A stretch of 64,000 nt of DNA, from assembly GCA_031362805.1 (NCBI GenBank), contig JANLTG010000053.1:42207-106206 (forward strand), given 5' to 3'. The translations under genes were made by a program, and so were the position numbers. Of this stretch, positions 54,452 through 63,988 are shown piece after piece. The notes under the pieces were generated by a model that ran no database searches, was not told the origin of the DNA, and saw nothing but the letters and a program-made list of their open reading frames with translations. Each line of letters begins with the position of its first letter. Positions within the stretch are counted from its first letter, which is position 1. Origin of the DNA: a bacterium (GTDB lineage: Bacteria > Verrucomicrobiota > Verrucomicrobiia > Limisphaerales > RI-55).

Positions 54452-55972
54452 TCAGACTAGGAGGCAATCAAGCCGGGTCCCACCGCGTTGCTTCTCCCGA
54501 AGTTGCAGGACTTCGAGACATTCCCGCGCAACCAACCGATCGTCGAAGGGCGCGACCGTATCTTCAAATTCCTGGTAAGTTTCATGCCCCTTGCCGGCGA
54601 TCAACACGGTGTCGCCACTGTCCGCGAGATCCATCAACTCCTCAATGGCTCGCCGCCGATCGAGCACCACTTCGCAGCCATCGGATCGCACTTCGCGATA
54701 GCCCGCTTCAATCTGGCGGCAAATCGTCTCCGGAGATTCGCGCCGGGGATTGTCGCTGGTGATCAACGTAAAATCGGCGAGCCGAGCCGCCGCCGCGCCC
54801 ATCTTCGGCCGCTTGCCGGCATCCCGGTTGCCACCACAACCAAACATGACCAGCAGCCGGCCGGTCGTGACCTCGCGCAAAGTCTTGAGCACTTGTTCCA
54901 ACGCGTCGTCGGTATGCGCGTAATCAACAAACACGTTGAAGCTCTCGTCCGTGGTCACGCGCTCCAACCGTCCCGGTACCGCCGGCATGGTTTTCAAAGC
55001 GCGCTTGAGCACCCGCACATCCACATTTAACGAAAGCCCGGCACCGAACGCTGCCAGCGCATTGTAAATGTTGTGGCGCCCGATCAAGGGCATCTCGCAC
55101 GCGACTTTGCGCCCGTCGAACTCCGCCTGAAAGCGGGTCTTGTCTTTCAACAAGGCGATCCCGGTGGCCCGCAAGCTGGCCGCCTCGCCCAGGCCGTACG
55201 TTAGTTTCACGGCCATTTCGAATTCATTTTCCAGACGTTCTCCATACGCATCGTCGATGTTGATGACCGCGGCGCCGCGCTTCACACCGTGCTGCATGGC
55301 GGTAAACAACTTCATCTTCGCTGCAAAATATCCATCCATGGTCCCGTGGTAATCGAGATGGTCTTGCGTGAGGTTCGTGAAGATGGCGACATCAAACTCG
55401 ACGCCGAGCGTGCGTTGCTGATCGAGCGCATGCGAACTGACTTCCATCACGCAAGCCTGACAACCGGCCCGGACCATTTGTGCGAGCATCTGTTGAATCT
55501 CGAGCGCCTCGGGCGTCGTGCGCGCCGCGGGAATCATGCGGTCGCCGATCTCGTAACGAATGGTGCCCAGCAGACCCGTCGGAATTCCGGCCGCCTCCAG
55601 CATCGTCCGGATCATGAACGAGACGGTGGTCTTGCCGTTGGTGCCGGTCACGCCGATCACTTTGAGTGAGGCGCTGGGGTTGCCATGAAAGGCGGTCGCC
55701 GCCCGGGCGAGCGCTTCGCGGGCATCTGGCACCACGATCTTCGTGGCGCGCGCGGGGGAGAATCCGTTGCGTTCGCAAACCACCGCAATGGCCCCCCGAT
55801 CAATCGCGTCGTTGATGAACTGGTGGCCGTCCGTGCGGTGCCCCGGCAAGGCGAAAAAGACCGTCCCCGGATTCACCCGGCGCGAATCGTAGGCGAGGCC
55901 GGCGACTTCGCGCTCCAGCGAACCTTCCACTTCGTTGGTGGCGAGTGATTGAATAAGTTGGCGGAGTTGCAT
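54452..55972 (-). CDS. murE: UDP-N-acetylmuramoyl-L-alanyl-D-glutamate--2,6-diaminopimelate ligase
   Basis: GVTGTNGKTTVS, VDYAHTDDAL, and GCGGNRDAGKRPKMG. Confidence 0.9.
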   Translation of the reverse strand: MQLRQLIQSLATNEVEGSLEREVAGLAYDSRRVNPGTVFFALPGHRTDGHQFINDAIDRGAIAVVCERNGFSPARATKIVVPDAREALARAATAFHGNPSASLKVIGVTGTNGKTTVSFMIRTMLEAAGIPTGLLGTIRYEIGDRMIPAARTTPEALEIQQMLAQMVRAGCQACVMEVSSHALDQQRTLGVEFDVAIFTNLTQDHLDYHGTMDGYFAAKMKLFTAMQHGVKRGAAVINIDDAYGERLENEFEMAVKLTYGLGEAASLRATGIALLKDKTRFQAEFDGRKVACEMPLIGRHNIYNALAAFGAGLSLNVDVRVLKRALKTMPAVPGRLERVTTDESFNVFVDYAHTDDALEQVLKTLREVTTGRLLVMFGCGGNRDAGKRPKMGAAAARLADFTLITSDNPRRESPETICRQIEAGYREVRSDGCEVVLDRRRAIEELMDLADSGDTVLIAGKGHETYQEFEDTVAPFDDRLVARECLEVLQLREKQRGGTRLDCLLV

Positions 55973-55975
55973 GGC

Positions 55976-58054
55976 TCAGCGGGGTGAAGGTTCGACGGTG
56001 GGACTGAGGCGAAAGCCAGTGGGTCGGTCGGGTCGCGACGAGGCCGTATCCGTGGGCGGTTGCAGGAGCAGCGCACCCACGGCTTGTCGGTCAACCGCGG
56101 CTTGATCGTCCGGCCGCGCGCTGCGGTTCGCGGGCGTCGGCTGGCGATCGGGTTTCAAATTGAGAATATGCGCGGCATCTTCCGCGACCTTTCGGAAAAT
56201 TGGGCCGGCCGCCTTGCCGCCGTAATGTCCGTGCCCAGATTTTTTGTCCGGCTCGTCAACGGTGATCGCTATCAACACTCGCGGAGCGCTGGCGGGAAAG
56301 AACCCGACGAATGAAGAGTAGTAATGCTCCGTGTCGTACTTCTTCGTCTCGGTGTTAAACTTGTGCGCGGTGCCCGTCTTCCCGGCGACCGTGTAATGCT
56401 CCAGCGCTGCGTCCGGAGCCGTGCCCCCCGGCTCGGTGACCGTCTGGAGCGCCTCGATCATCTTGCGCGAAGTTTCCGGGGACACGACCTGGCGGACGAC
56501 CGTGGGATCAAACCGCGCCACGATTTCGCCCTGCCGATTGACCAGGCGCGAGACGAGGCGGGGTTGCATCAATTGGCCGCCATTGGCCAGGGCCGCGTAG
56601 GCGCTGGCCAGTTGGAGCTGCGTCACTTTGAGGCCATAACCGATCGGGAGCCGGGTGTACTCGCCGGGATAAATGTCTTTGCGTCCCCGAACTGCGCCGC
56701 TGCCTTCCGCCAGGCCCACGCCCGTGCGCGTTCCAATGCCATAGCGCATCAGCCAATGATAGAAACGATCATGGCCGTGCAGGCGGACGATCTGGGCGGT
56801 GCCGATGTTCGATGATTTGGTGACGACACCCTTGACGGTGAGCACATCATACGGATGAACGTCGGTTAACGAAGCCATGCCCTTCACGCGCATGATTCCA
56901 TTCAGGCAGTCGATCGGCGTCGACAAATCGACGACGCCGTCCTCAAGCGCGCCCGAAATGGCGATCACCTTGAAGATCGAGCCGGGCTCGAACTCATCGA
57001 GGATCGGCCGGAGGCGAACCGCAGCCGGGTCGAATTGATCGCGCTTTCCCGGTTTGAATCCCGGCGCGCTCGACATCGCCAGAATTTCGCCGGTGTTGAC
57101 GTCCATCATCACCCCAAACACGGCCTCGGCTCCCAGCGCCACATGCGCCGAAGCCAGCTCACGATCCAAAACTTCCTGCAAGCGCCGGTCGATGGTCAGC
57201 TGGACGCTGAGGCCGTCGACGGCCGGGAGAAATTGTTCGTCGACATCGGACGAATCAGTTTGCACCACTCGCTTGAACCCTGGCACTCCGGCGAGATTCT
57301 TGTTGAAGGCCCGTTCGATGCCCGCCAGGCCGAACTGCTCGGGAAAGCTCTTCCCGACCGAATACTCGCGATTGGTCTGCCCGACATAGCCGAGAATCTG
57401 TCCCGCCACCGCGTCGTTGGGATATTGGCGCGTCTGCACTTCGGACTCCACTTGAATTCCGAAACGCCGCAGTCCGGTCAGCCGATTCCGTTCCTTCCGC
57501 GTCAGGGCCTTTAGATCCAGTCCGAAATCACTCTTGCTCTTGAGCTCCTTGACGGCACTCCAGTCTTCGAACGAGAGCCCACGTTTCAACATGACGAAAC
57601 GCGGCGTGATTTCGACTTGGCCATCGGCGGTCTGGTTGGTAACCGGCGTCAACAGGGCGGTGAGCTCGCGGACATCCATCTTCAACGGACCCGCCAAGGC
57701 AGCCGCAACTTTCGCCTGGTGCGGGCTGATCAAGGGCGGTTCCGCGCCGATATTATACTGCCGGACCGAGGTGGTAAGGGTCGCCCCGTTGCGATCGAGA
57801 ATGTCGCCGCGCATTGGGGGCACAATCAATTCACGCACCGCTCCCTGCGCATAGGCTTTGCGAACTTCCGTGGCTGACAAAAACTGCATGTCCACCAACC
57901 GCCAGCCAAGACCACAATAGGCCAGCACGACCAGCAGCGAGAGCCAGAGCAGACGGCGATATTGAATTGATTTTAACATTGCCTTGGGGGCTTGCCGCCG
58001 CCCGCGCCCACCGGTTCCTCCCGCGATAGCCAGATCAGGGCGCGAGCGGCGCAC
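55976..58054 (-). CDS. ftsI: Penicillin-binding protein 3-type transpeptidase (FtsI)
   Basis: TM anchor LLWLSLLVVLAYCGL. Transpeptidase motifs are a SxxK-context segment (PGSIFKVI), SSN (KSSNIG) and KTGT (AGKTGTA). The start may be the internal ATG near 57979 (MLKSIQY). Confidence 0.9.
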   Translation of the reverse strand: MRRSRPDLAIAGGTGGRGRRQAPKAMLKSIQYRRLLWLSLLVVLAYCGLGWRLVDMQFLSATEVRKAYAQGAVRELIVPPMRGDILDRNGATLTTSVRQYNIGAEPPLISPHQAKVAAALAGPLKMDVRELTALLTPVTNQTADGQVEITPRFVMLKRGLSFEDWSAVKELKSKSDFGLDLKALTRKERNRLTGLRRFGIQVESEVQTRQYPNDAVAGQILGYVGQTNREYSVGKSFPEQFGLAGIERAFNKNLAGVPGFKRVVQTDSSDVDEQFLPAVDGLSVQLTIDRRLQEVLDRELASAHVALGAEAVFGVMMDVNTGEILAMSSAPGFKPGKRDQFDPAAVRLRPILDEFEPGSIFKVIAISGALEDGVVDLSTPIDCLNGIMRVKGMASLTDVHPYDVLTVKGVVTKSSNIGTAQIVRLHGHDRFYHWLMRYGIGTRTGVGLAEGSGAVRGRKDIYPGEYTRLPIGYGLKVTQLQLASAYAALANGGQLMQPRLVSRLVNRQGEIVARFDPTVVRQVVSPETSRKMIEALQTVTEPGGTAPDAALEHYTVAGKTGTAHKFNTETKKYDTEHYYSSFVGFFPASAPRVLIAITVDEPDKKSGHGHYGGKAAGPIFRKVAEDAAHILNLKPDRQPTPANRSARPDDQAAVDRQAVGALLLQPPTDTASSRPDRPTGFRLSPTVEPSPR

Positions 58055-58088
58055 GGAGGCTTTACAGCGCTGGAGGCAAAGTGAAATT

Positions 58089-58430
58089 TCATGGCCGGTT
58101 CACGAGCTTGATGCCGGTGGCCCGTTCCCTGTCCGGTTCGGGCAGCGTAACTACCTGTCCGGGATCGGGCATGCGGAGATCGAGTTTGTGTAAGCGGGCC
58201 GAAACTTCGAGCTTCTCGCGGGAGGTCGTGGCCGCCAGACGAAACTTCAAGTTCTTCCGCCGTTCCTCGAGCTCGTGAATCCGCTCATCATTGCGTTTGG
58301 CCTGGTCGTCCAACCCGCGGATCTGCCCCTTTTGAAAGACGTAGCCAACGCCAGAGCCGCCCAAAAAAATGCTCAACGCCAGCACCTTGGCGATCGTGCT
58401 GGCCGTGATGGCTGTTCGCTGATTTGTCAT
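58089..58430 (-). CDS. ftsL: FtsL-like cell division protein
   Basis: 113 aa with a single TM (IAKVLALSIFLGGSGVGYVF) and a coiled-coil-like segment (RNDERIHELEERRKNLKFRL). 4-nt overlap with rsmH. Positional call. Confidence 0.6.
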   Translation of the reverse strand: MTNQRTAITASTIAKVLALSIFLGGSGVGYVFQKGQIRGLDDQAKRNDERIHELEERRKNLKFRLAATTSREKLEVSARLHKLDLRMPDPGQVVTLPEPDRERATGIKLVNRP

Positions 58431-59398
58431 GCCTGCGATTCTAACTTCTCGAACACTCGTAATTGGGCACTGCGGCTGCGCGGATTCTCCCGCAGCTCAA
58501 CTTCACCCGGCTTGATCGCCTTCGTGGTGATCACCCGTAATTCGGGATGGCGCGGCTTCGACCAATCGGGTCGCATGGCCCCCGCGTCCCACTCAAACTC
58601 CGCACTGCGTTGGCGGCCCATCTCTTTCACCAGCCGGTCTTCCAGTGAGTGAAACGTAATCACCGCCAGTCGCCCGCCCGGTTTTAGAATAGCCAAGCCT
58701 GCGGCAAGGCCCGCCCGGACCCCGGCCAACTCTTCATTCACGGCCAGACGCAACGCCTGAAACACCTTCGTCGCCGGGTGCGTGCGCCGGCCGCGGCGCG
58801 GCGCGGCATCTTCGATGATCGCCGCCAGCTCGCCGGTAGTACGAATTCGGCGTGCTTCCCGCGTCCGCACGATGCGCACAGCGATCCGCCGCGACTGCCC
58901 TTCGTCACCATATTCCCAAAAAATTCGCGCCAGCTCCACGGCATCAAGCTCGTTAACCAGCGTCTCGGCCGTGAGCGCCTGACGATTATCCATCCGCATA
59001 TCGAGCGGGCCATCGTGACTGAAACTGAACCCACGCTCGGCGGTGTCGAGCTGATGAGAACTCACGCCCAAATCGAGCAACACCGCATCGCAGCCACCCA
59101 CGGGCACCCAGTCCGCCAGTTCCGCATAACAACCCCGACGCACTTCAAACCGGCCCGCGAACTCCGCGAGCTTGCGGGTGGCCGCCTCAAGGGCGGCGCC
59201 ATCGCGATCGCAGCCAAACAGAAATCCATTCGGCGACGTCGCCACCAGCATCGGCACCGCGTGCCCAGCTCCACCCAATGTGCCGTCGGCCACGACTCCG
59301 CCGGGCCGCAACTGGAGCTGTGCGATCACTTCCGCCAACAATACCGGCCGGTGTTCGAAGCAATTCACCGGGCATGAGTTCGGTTGCCATGGTTTCAA
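58427..59398 (-). CDS. rsmH: 16S rRNA (cytosine1402-N4)-methyltransferase
   Basis: HRPVLLAEV, DGTLGGAGH, LLDLGVSSHQLD, and ITFHSLEDR. Confidence 0.9.
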   Translation of the reverse strand: MKPWQPNSCPVNCFEHRPVLLAEVIAQLQLRPGGVVADGTLGGAGHAVPMLVATSPNGFLFGCDRDGAALEAATRKLAEFAGRFEVRRGCYAELADWVPVGGCDAVLLDLGVSSHQLDTAERGFSFSHDGPLDMRMDNRQALTAETLVNELDAVELARIFWEYGDEGQSRRIAVRIVRTREARRIRTTGELAAIIEDAAPRRGRRTHPATKVFQALRLAVNEELAGVRAGLAAGLAILKPGGRLAVITFHSLEDRLVKEMGRQRSAEFEWDAGAMRPDWSKPRHPELRVITTKAIKPGEVELRENPRSRSAQLRVFEKLESQA

Positions 59399-59406
59399 TG
59401 GCTCGC

Positions 59407-59913
59407 TCAGGCTGAAATCAGGGCGCGGGGTTTGGCATCAATACTTACGGCCCTGGCCTGCATAGAGACCGGCACGATTTCAAAATCAGCATCGTGCAGG
59501 TCATTGCACACCACCGACACTCGCTCGAAACGAAACTCCCGTTGTAGGGCACTTGGGATTTGTTTGGCGCCCGCCGCGAAACTTGACGGAAAGGCTTGAG
59601 TTGAGGCCGAACCAATGCGTTGCGGCCGGCTGGCGACTGTCTCGGATTTCGTGATTGGATCCGCGCCAGTCTCCGCCGTCGGCAGGACCGGTTGTGGCAC
59701 GGACTTCTTTGACCATGCGAGTCGGGTCGCGGGCCGAAACAGGTTACAGGCTCGGCGCCACCAAGTATTCAACACGGTTGATGAAAATTCTTCTTCAGTT
59801 GTCTCATCCTCGAATCGCGGAAGAAGGCATTCATGGCGCATCCGAAATCGCCCGACCACATCGCGGCCCGTTGCCAGACTTCTACCAAACGCCAAAAACT
59901 TAAGTGTGTTCAT
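59407..59913 (-). CDS. Hypothetical protein inserted between mraZ and rsmH
   Basis: 168-aa ORF packed with a 2-nt gap after mraZ and an 8-nt gap before rsmH. No recognisable motif or TM segment. Confidence 0.45.
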   Translation of the reverse strand: MNTLKFLAFGRSLATGRDVVGRFRMRHECLLPRFEDETTEEEFSSTVLNTWWRRACNLFRPATRLAWSKKSVPQPVLPTAETGADPITKSETVASRPQRIGSASTQAFPSSFAAGAKQIPSALQREFRFERVSVVCNDLHDADFEIVPVSMQARAVSIDAKPRALISA

Positions 59914-59915
59914 GG

Positions 59916-60380
59916 TTATTTAATGACATTGAAGAACTCACGGCGCGGCGCACCGAAACGTTCGGCATGAATTCCGTATCGATCTGGACTCCAGATTTCG
60001 AACTTGTTGATTAAACCCACGAGCACCGCCTCGCCGTTCAGCCCGGCCTCGACCGCCAACCGCTCAGGCAGGCACACTCGACCGGACTTATCGACCGGAA
60101 GCTTGTCCGAGTTCTTGCCGATGAAATGCAGCAGCTCCTCTTTCGCGGGATCATCACCCGGCATGCTGGTCAGCTTCTCGCGAAGTTCACGCATTTCCTT
60201 GGGGGCGAACACACGCAAACAAGATCCCGCCTCGTGCGCCGTCCAAATCATGACCGTCAGCTCGAAATTCTCACCCGCTGGACGCCAACGCGCAGGGACC
60301 TGCAGCCGGCGCTTGTCGTCAACACCATGACGAAAGAACCCCAGATAGTCCTGATCAAAGTTGGTTGCGGTCTCGGGCAT
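59916..60380 (-). CDS. mraZ: Transcriptional regulator MraZ
   Basis: ATG at 60380. Two SpoVT-AbrB/DxxxR motifs: GVDDKRRLQVP and VDKSGRVCLP. 154 aa. I consider the 119-aa upstream extension in the track spurious. Confidence 0.85.
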   Translation of the reverse strand: MPETATNFDQDYLGFFRHGVDDKRRLQVPARWRPAGENFELTVMIWTAHEAGSCLRVFAPKEMRELREKLTSMPGDDPAKEELLHFIGKNSDKLPVDKSGRVCLPERLAVEAGLNGEAVLVGLINKFEIWSPDRYGIHAERFGAPRREFFNVIK

Positions 60381-60392
60381 CTGTTTTGTCTT

Positions 60393-60450
60393 AACCAGGG
60401 CTTTAACCCATATTGCCCCAATTCGAGGTAAGTTATGGAATAACGCCCCA
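60393..60450 (-). promoter_or_regulatory. TGGGN-type direct repeats upstream of mraZ (candidate MraZ operator)
   Basis: On the minus strand: TGGGGC (60450-60445), TGGGGC (60420-60415), TGGGTT (60410-60405), CTGGTT (60398-60393). Spacings are 30, 10 and 12 nt, lying 13-70 nt upstream of the mraZ ATG. Confidence 0.3.
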
Positions 60451-60597
60451 CAATGAGTCAATTCATTTTTGCCCTGTTTTGCGACTTTCTGATATTCACT
60501 CGGAGTTTCCCGAATGGATCGCAACCCGCAGCATACTGTAACGATATAACTGCGCTCAAATCCACACCAGATTGGCCCAGTCTGCAGCAATTGAGGA

Positions 60598-63006
60598 TTG
60601 GCAAGCGACGACAGAAAGGAGCAACGTGAGGTGGTGAAGAAGGCCTCAAAACAACTCGAATCTGGCCGATCTGGCGCAACCTGCCTTGCTCGATCCTTGT
60701 TCGCCGTCATTGGGGTCGAGCCACGGCTCGAGGCCATTACCGTCTCGGCTAATGATAAGGCGCTTAGTCTTGCGACGATCGGGTCGGGGGCGTCGAACGA
60801 CTTGGAGAAGCAGGTAAATCAGGCCATCCAGGAAGGTTCCAGATCAGGTCGCGCCTTGGGGTGCGGACTGCTTGAAGGCACTAACGATTGCTCTTCGTGC
60901 CCTCACCCTTTGGATATTTCGCTGCGCTCGCACGTCACCATCACCCAGACCAATGACGGCACGACGTTCGCCCGCGTCACCTGCCCGACCGCTCCCAAAT
61001 TCTGGCGGTGGCGCCGGTTGCCACTTCCGAGGTTTGTACAGCGCGAACTTGAAGTGCCGACCGACGACACCCACCTGAACGAATGGAAACTCCAATTGCT
61101 GGCGGCCGCCATTTGCGCCATCGCCGGGCTGGCAGCACACTTTGCAGTGGACGGACCGACCCGCCTCGGACTCTTCATTGCGTCGTATGTCGCTGGTGCG
61201 TGGTTCACCTTCGAGGAGACTTGGGAGCGGCTTAGGAAGGGCGCAGTGGACGTGCATTTCCTCATGCTCGCAGTGGCCGCTGGCAGCGCGTCCATCGGAG
61301 CGTGGAGCGAAGGCGCCATGTTGCTGTTCCTGTTTTCGTTGTCGGGAGCGCTGGAGCACTACGCCCTGGGCCGCACGCAGCGGGAGATCGAGTCACTCTT
61401 CAAGGACGCACCCAAGACGGCCACGGTGATCGACAAGACAGGGCAAGAGGTCGAGAAACCCGTCAATCAGCTAGCAGCGGGAATGATCCTCGCAGTCAAA
61501 CCAGATTCACAGTTCCCGGTCGACGCGGTAATCACGAGAGGCGCCACGGCCGCGGACGAATCAAATCTGTCAGGCGAATCCGCGCCGGTTGACAAGAAGC
61601 AAGGCGATCTCGTTTTGGCCGGCACCTTGAATCTGTGGGGAGCCGTGCGCGTAGTTGTAACGCGCCCGGCGTCGGAAAGTGCCCTGCAAAAGATCATTCA
61701 CTTGATTCGCGAGGCGCAACGCAGCAAAGCGCCCTCGCAACGCTTCACCGATCGCTTCGGCAGCGGTTACACGGTGATCGTGCTCAGCCTGACCGTGGTG
61801 ATGTTCTTCGTATGGTGGCGGGTCTACGGGCTGACCCCGTTTGTCTCCACCTCCGAGTCCGCGAGTGCCTTCTATCGGGCGATGACGCTGCTGGTGGTCG
61901 CCTCGCCCTGCGCCCTCGTGCTTTCCATCCCCTCGGCAATCCTCGCCGCCATCGCGTGGGCGGCCAAGCGTGGGATTCTCTTTCGCGGAGGTGCCGCTGT
62001 CGAAATGCTCGCGGAGATCAATGAGGTGGCGCTCGATAAGACGGGCACCCTTACCACCGGCGAGCTCTCCGTTGAATCGATCTGTTCAAAACCGGCCGGG
62101 CGGGAAGTGGAGGCCGGTGAGATTGCTTATGCTTTAGCTCGTCACTCGACGCACCCGCTCTCGCGGGCGCTCACCGAGCATGGCCGTCGTCTGGGCTGGT
62201 CAAGCCGCGATGCCGATCATCTGGAATCCGTCTCCGGGCAGGGCGTCTCGGGTCGAATCGCCGATCAGCTCTGCCTGCTCGGCCGGCACGAATTCATCGA
62301 ATCGCTGGCCGTTGGACCGGTCCGCGAATTATTGAAGCAGCTGCCGGATGACTGCCCAACGCGGATCGCCCAACCCGAGGTCTGGATCGCCACCGAACAA
62401 CTGGTCGGACGAATTCAGCTCCACGATGAAGTCCGGCCCCAAGCGGCGAATCTGATCAACGCGCTGCGCCAGGCGGGGCTAAAAACCGTTTTGCTGACGG
62501 GTGATCGCCGGGAAAATGCTGAAGCCATTCATCGCGAACTGCCCTTGGACGAAGTGCGCTCCGAGCTGCGGCCCGCCGACAAACTGGAATACATCGTGAA
62601 ACAAAGCGAAGCCGGCCAACGCGTCGCGATGGTCGGCGACGGCGTCAACGACGCCCCCAGCCTCGCCGCAGCGCACGTCGGTGTCGCCATGGGTGCCCGC
62701 GGTTCGGATGCTGCCCTGGAACAAGCGGACGTGGTGCTGATGCGCGACCGGCTTGAAAATTTCCTCGCGGCGTTTCAGCTCAGCCAACGGGCGCGCCGCA
62801 TCATCCAGCAGAATCTATTTATCTCGCTCGGAACGGTCATCGTCTTGGTTGGGTTCGCGCTCGCGGGCCAAATTCCGCTCACGGTTGGCGTGGTGGGTCA
62901 CGAGGGCAGCACGGTCATCGTGGTGATGAACAGTTTGCGCCTGCTCTTCCTGAAATCGTCCACGCCCTCCGACCCAGGCAGCCCTGAGTTGAACCCAAGG
63001 AAATGA
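60598..63006 (+). CDS. Heavy-metal translocating P1B-type ATPase (SPC / HEGST motifs, P1B-4-like)
   Basis: DKTGTLT phosphorylation site, TGD, and GDGVNDAPSL. Transmembrane SPCALVLS replaces the usual CPC, and a late TM carries HEGSTVIVVMNSL. The N-terminal roughly 170 aa carries one CSSC. The start is uncertain. Confidence 0.85.
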   Translation: MASDDRKEQREVVKKASKQLESGRSGATCLARSLFAVIGVEPRLEAITVSANDKALSLATIGSGASNDLEKQVNQAIQEGSRSGRALGCGLLEGTNDCSSCPHPLDISLRSHVTITQTNDGTTFARVTCPTAPKFWRWRRLPLPRFVQRELEVPTDDTHLNEWKLQLLAAAICAIAGLAAHFAVDGPTRLGLFIASYVAGAWFTFEETWERLRKGAVDVHFLMLAVAAGSASIGAWSEGAMLLFLFSLSGALEHYALGRTQREIESLFKDAPKTATVIDKTGQEVEKPVNQLAAGMILAVKPDSQFPVDAVITRGATAADESNLSGESAPVDKKQGDLVLAGTLNLWGAVRVVVTRPASESALQKIIHLIREAQRSKAPSQRFTDRFGSGYTVIVLSLTVVMFFVWWRVYGLTPFVSTSESASAFYRAMTLLVVASPCALVLSIPSAILAAIAWAAKRGILFRGGAAVEMLAEINEVALDKTGTLTTGELSVESICSKPAGREVEAGEIAYALARHSTHPLSRALTEHGRRLGWSSRDADHLESVSGQGVSGRIADQLCLLGRHEFIESLAVGPVRELLKQLPDDCPTRIAQPEVWIATEQLVGRIQLHDEVRPQAANLINALRQAGLKTVLLTGDRRENAEAIHRELPLDEVRSELRPADKLEYIVKQSEAGQRVAMVGDGVNDAPSLAAAHVGVAMGARGSDAALEQADVVLMRDRLENFLAAFQLSQRARRIIQQNLFISLGTVIVLVGFALAGQIPLTVGVVGHEGSTVIVVMNSLRLLFLKSSTPSDPGSPELNPRK

Positions 63007-63031
63007 AAGCGCCGCGAACGGAGCGCCCCAC

Positions 63032-63988
63032 TCACCACGGCAGGTGATCGAGATCAACATTCCCGCCGCTCAAAACAATTCCGACCCGGCTCAACCCCGG
63101 CAGCGCCTTGAATTCATCGCTCAAGACCGCCGCGACCGCCACGGCGGAACTCGGCTCGATCATCAACTTGGCGCGCTCCCACATCAGTCGCATCGTTCGC
63201 GCAATTGCGTCCTCGGCCACGGTGAACACCTGTTCCACTTCGTCGCGGACGAACGGCCACGTGAGGTCGCCCAGACTCGTCCGCAACCCATCGGCCATGG
63301 TTTCGGGCGAGGTCTGCGGCAATAATTTACCCACTTGCTTGGAGCGACTGGCATCATCCGCGCCGGCCGGTTCACCGGCGAAAATACGAATGCCTGGTTT
63401 GATTGCCTTCGCCGCCACACAGATCCCGCTGAGCAATCCACCGCCGCCCACGGGCGCGATGATCGCCTCCAAGGCCGGCACTTGCTCGAGGAATTCGAGC
63501 GCCACGGTCCCCTGCCCCGCGATCACGTCGCGCTGATTGTACGGCGGAATGTAAATGCCTCCGGTCTCTTTCGTGACCTGTTCGACGGTCGCTTCCCGCG
63601 ACTGCAACGTCGGCTCACAGAGGATCACGCGGGCACCATATTCACGAACGGCGTTGATCTTCGCGGCTGACGTATTGGACGGCATGACGATGTGGGCCGG
63701 GATGCCGCGCAACTTCGCCGCCAGCGCCAGCGCCTGTCCGTGATTGCCTGAACTTTGCGTAACAACGCCGCGATTCGCTTCGGCGGCGGACAGCTTCATC
63801 ACCGCGTTGCACGCGCCGCGAAACTTGAAGGCGCCAACTTTTTGAAACAGCTCGCACTTGAAGTACACCTCCCGACCCGCCAACCGCGAGATCGTCGCGC
63901 AGGTCTGGACCGGTGTGCGTTGGGCAAACGGCAGGAGGCGCCCGGCGGCGGCGCGAACCTCGTCGATGGAAATGGCGGACGCGGACAT
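63032..63988 (-). CDS. PLP-dependent serine/threonine dehydratase family enzyme (serine racemase / hydroxyaspartate dehydratase-like)
   Basis: PLP-lysine motif ELFQKVGAFKFRGA, SSGNHGQALALAA, and the glycine loop APVGGGGLLSG. Confidence 0.8.
   Translation of the reverse strand: MSASAISIDEVRAAAGRLLPFAQRTPVQTCATISRLAGREVYFKCELFQKVGAFKFRGACNAVMKLSAAEANRGVVTQSSGNHGQALALAAKLRGIPAHIVMPSNTSAAKINAVREYGARVILCEPTLQSREATVEQVTKETGGIYIPPYNQRDVIAGQGTVALEFLEQVPALEAIIAPVGGGGLLSGICVAAKAIKPGIRIFAGEPAGADDASRSKQVGKLLPQTSPETMADGLRTSLGDLTWPFVRDEVEQVFTVAEDAIARTMRLMWERAKLMIEPSSAVAVAAVLSDEFKALPGLSRVGIVLSGGNVDLDHLPW

Noticed and set aside
60381-60737. 119-aa N-terminal extension of the mraZ ORF (track 59916..60737)
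   Set aside because: MraZ family proteins are about 150 aa and start just before the first DxxxR motif. The extension covers the promoter and TGGGN repeat region and overlaps the divergent ATPase start.
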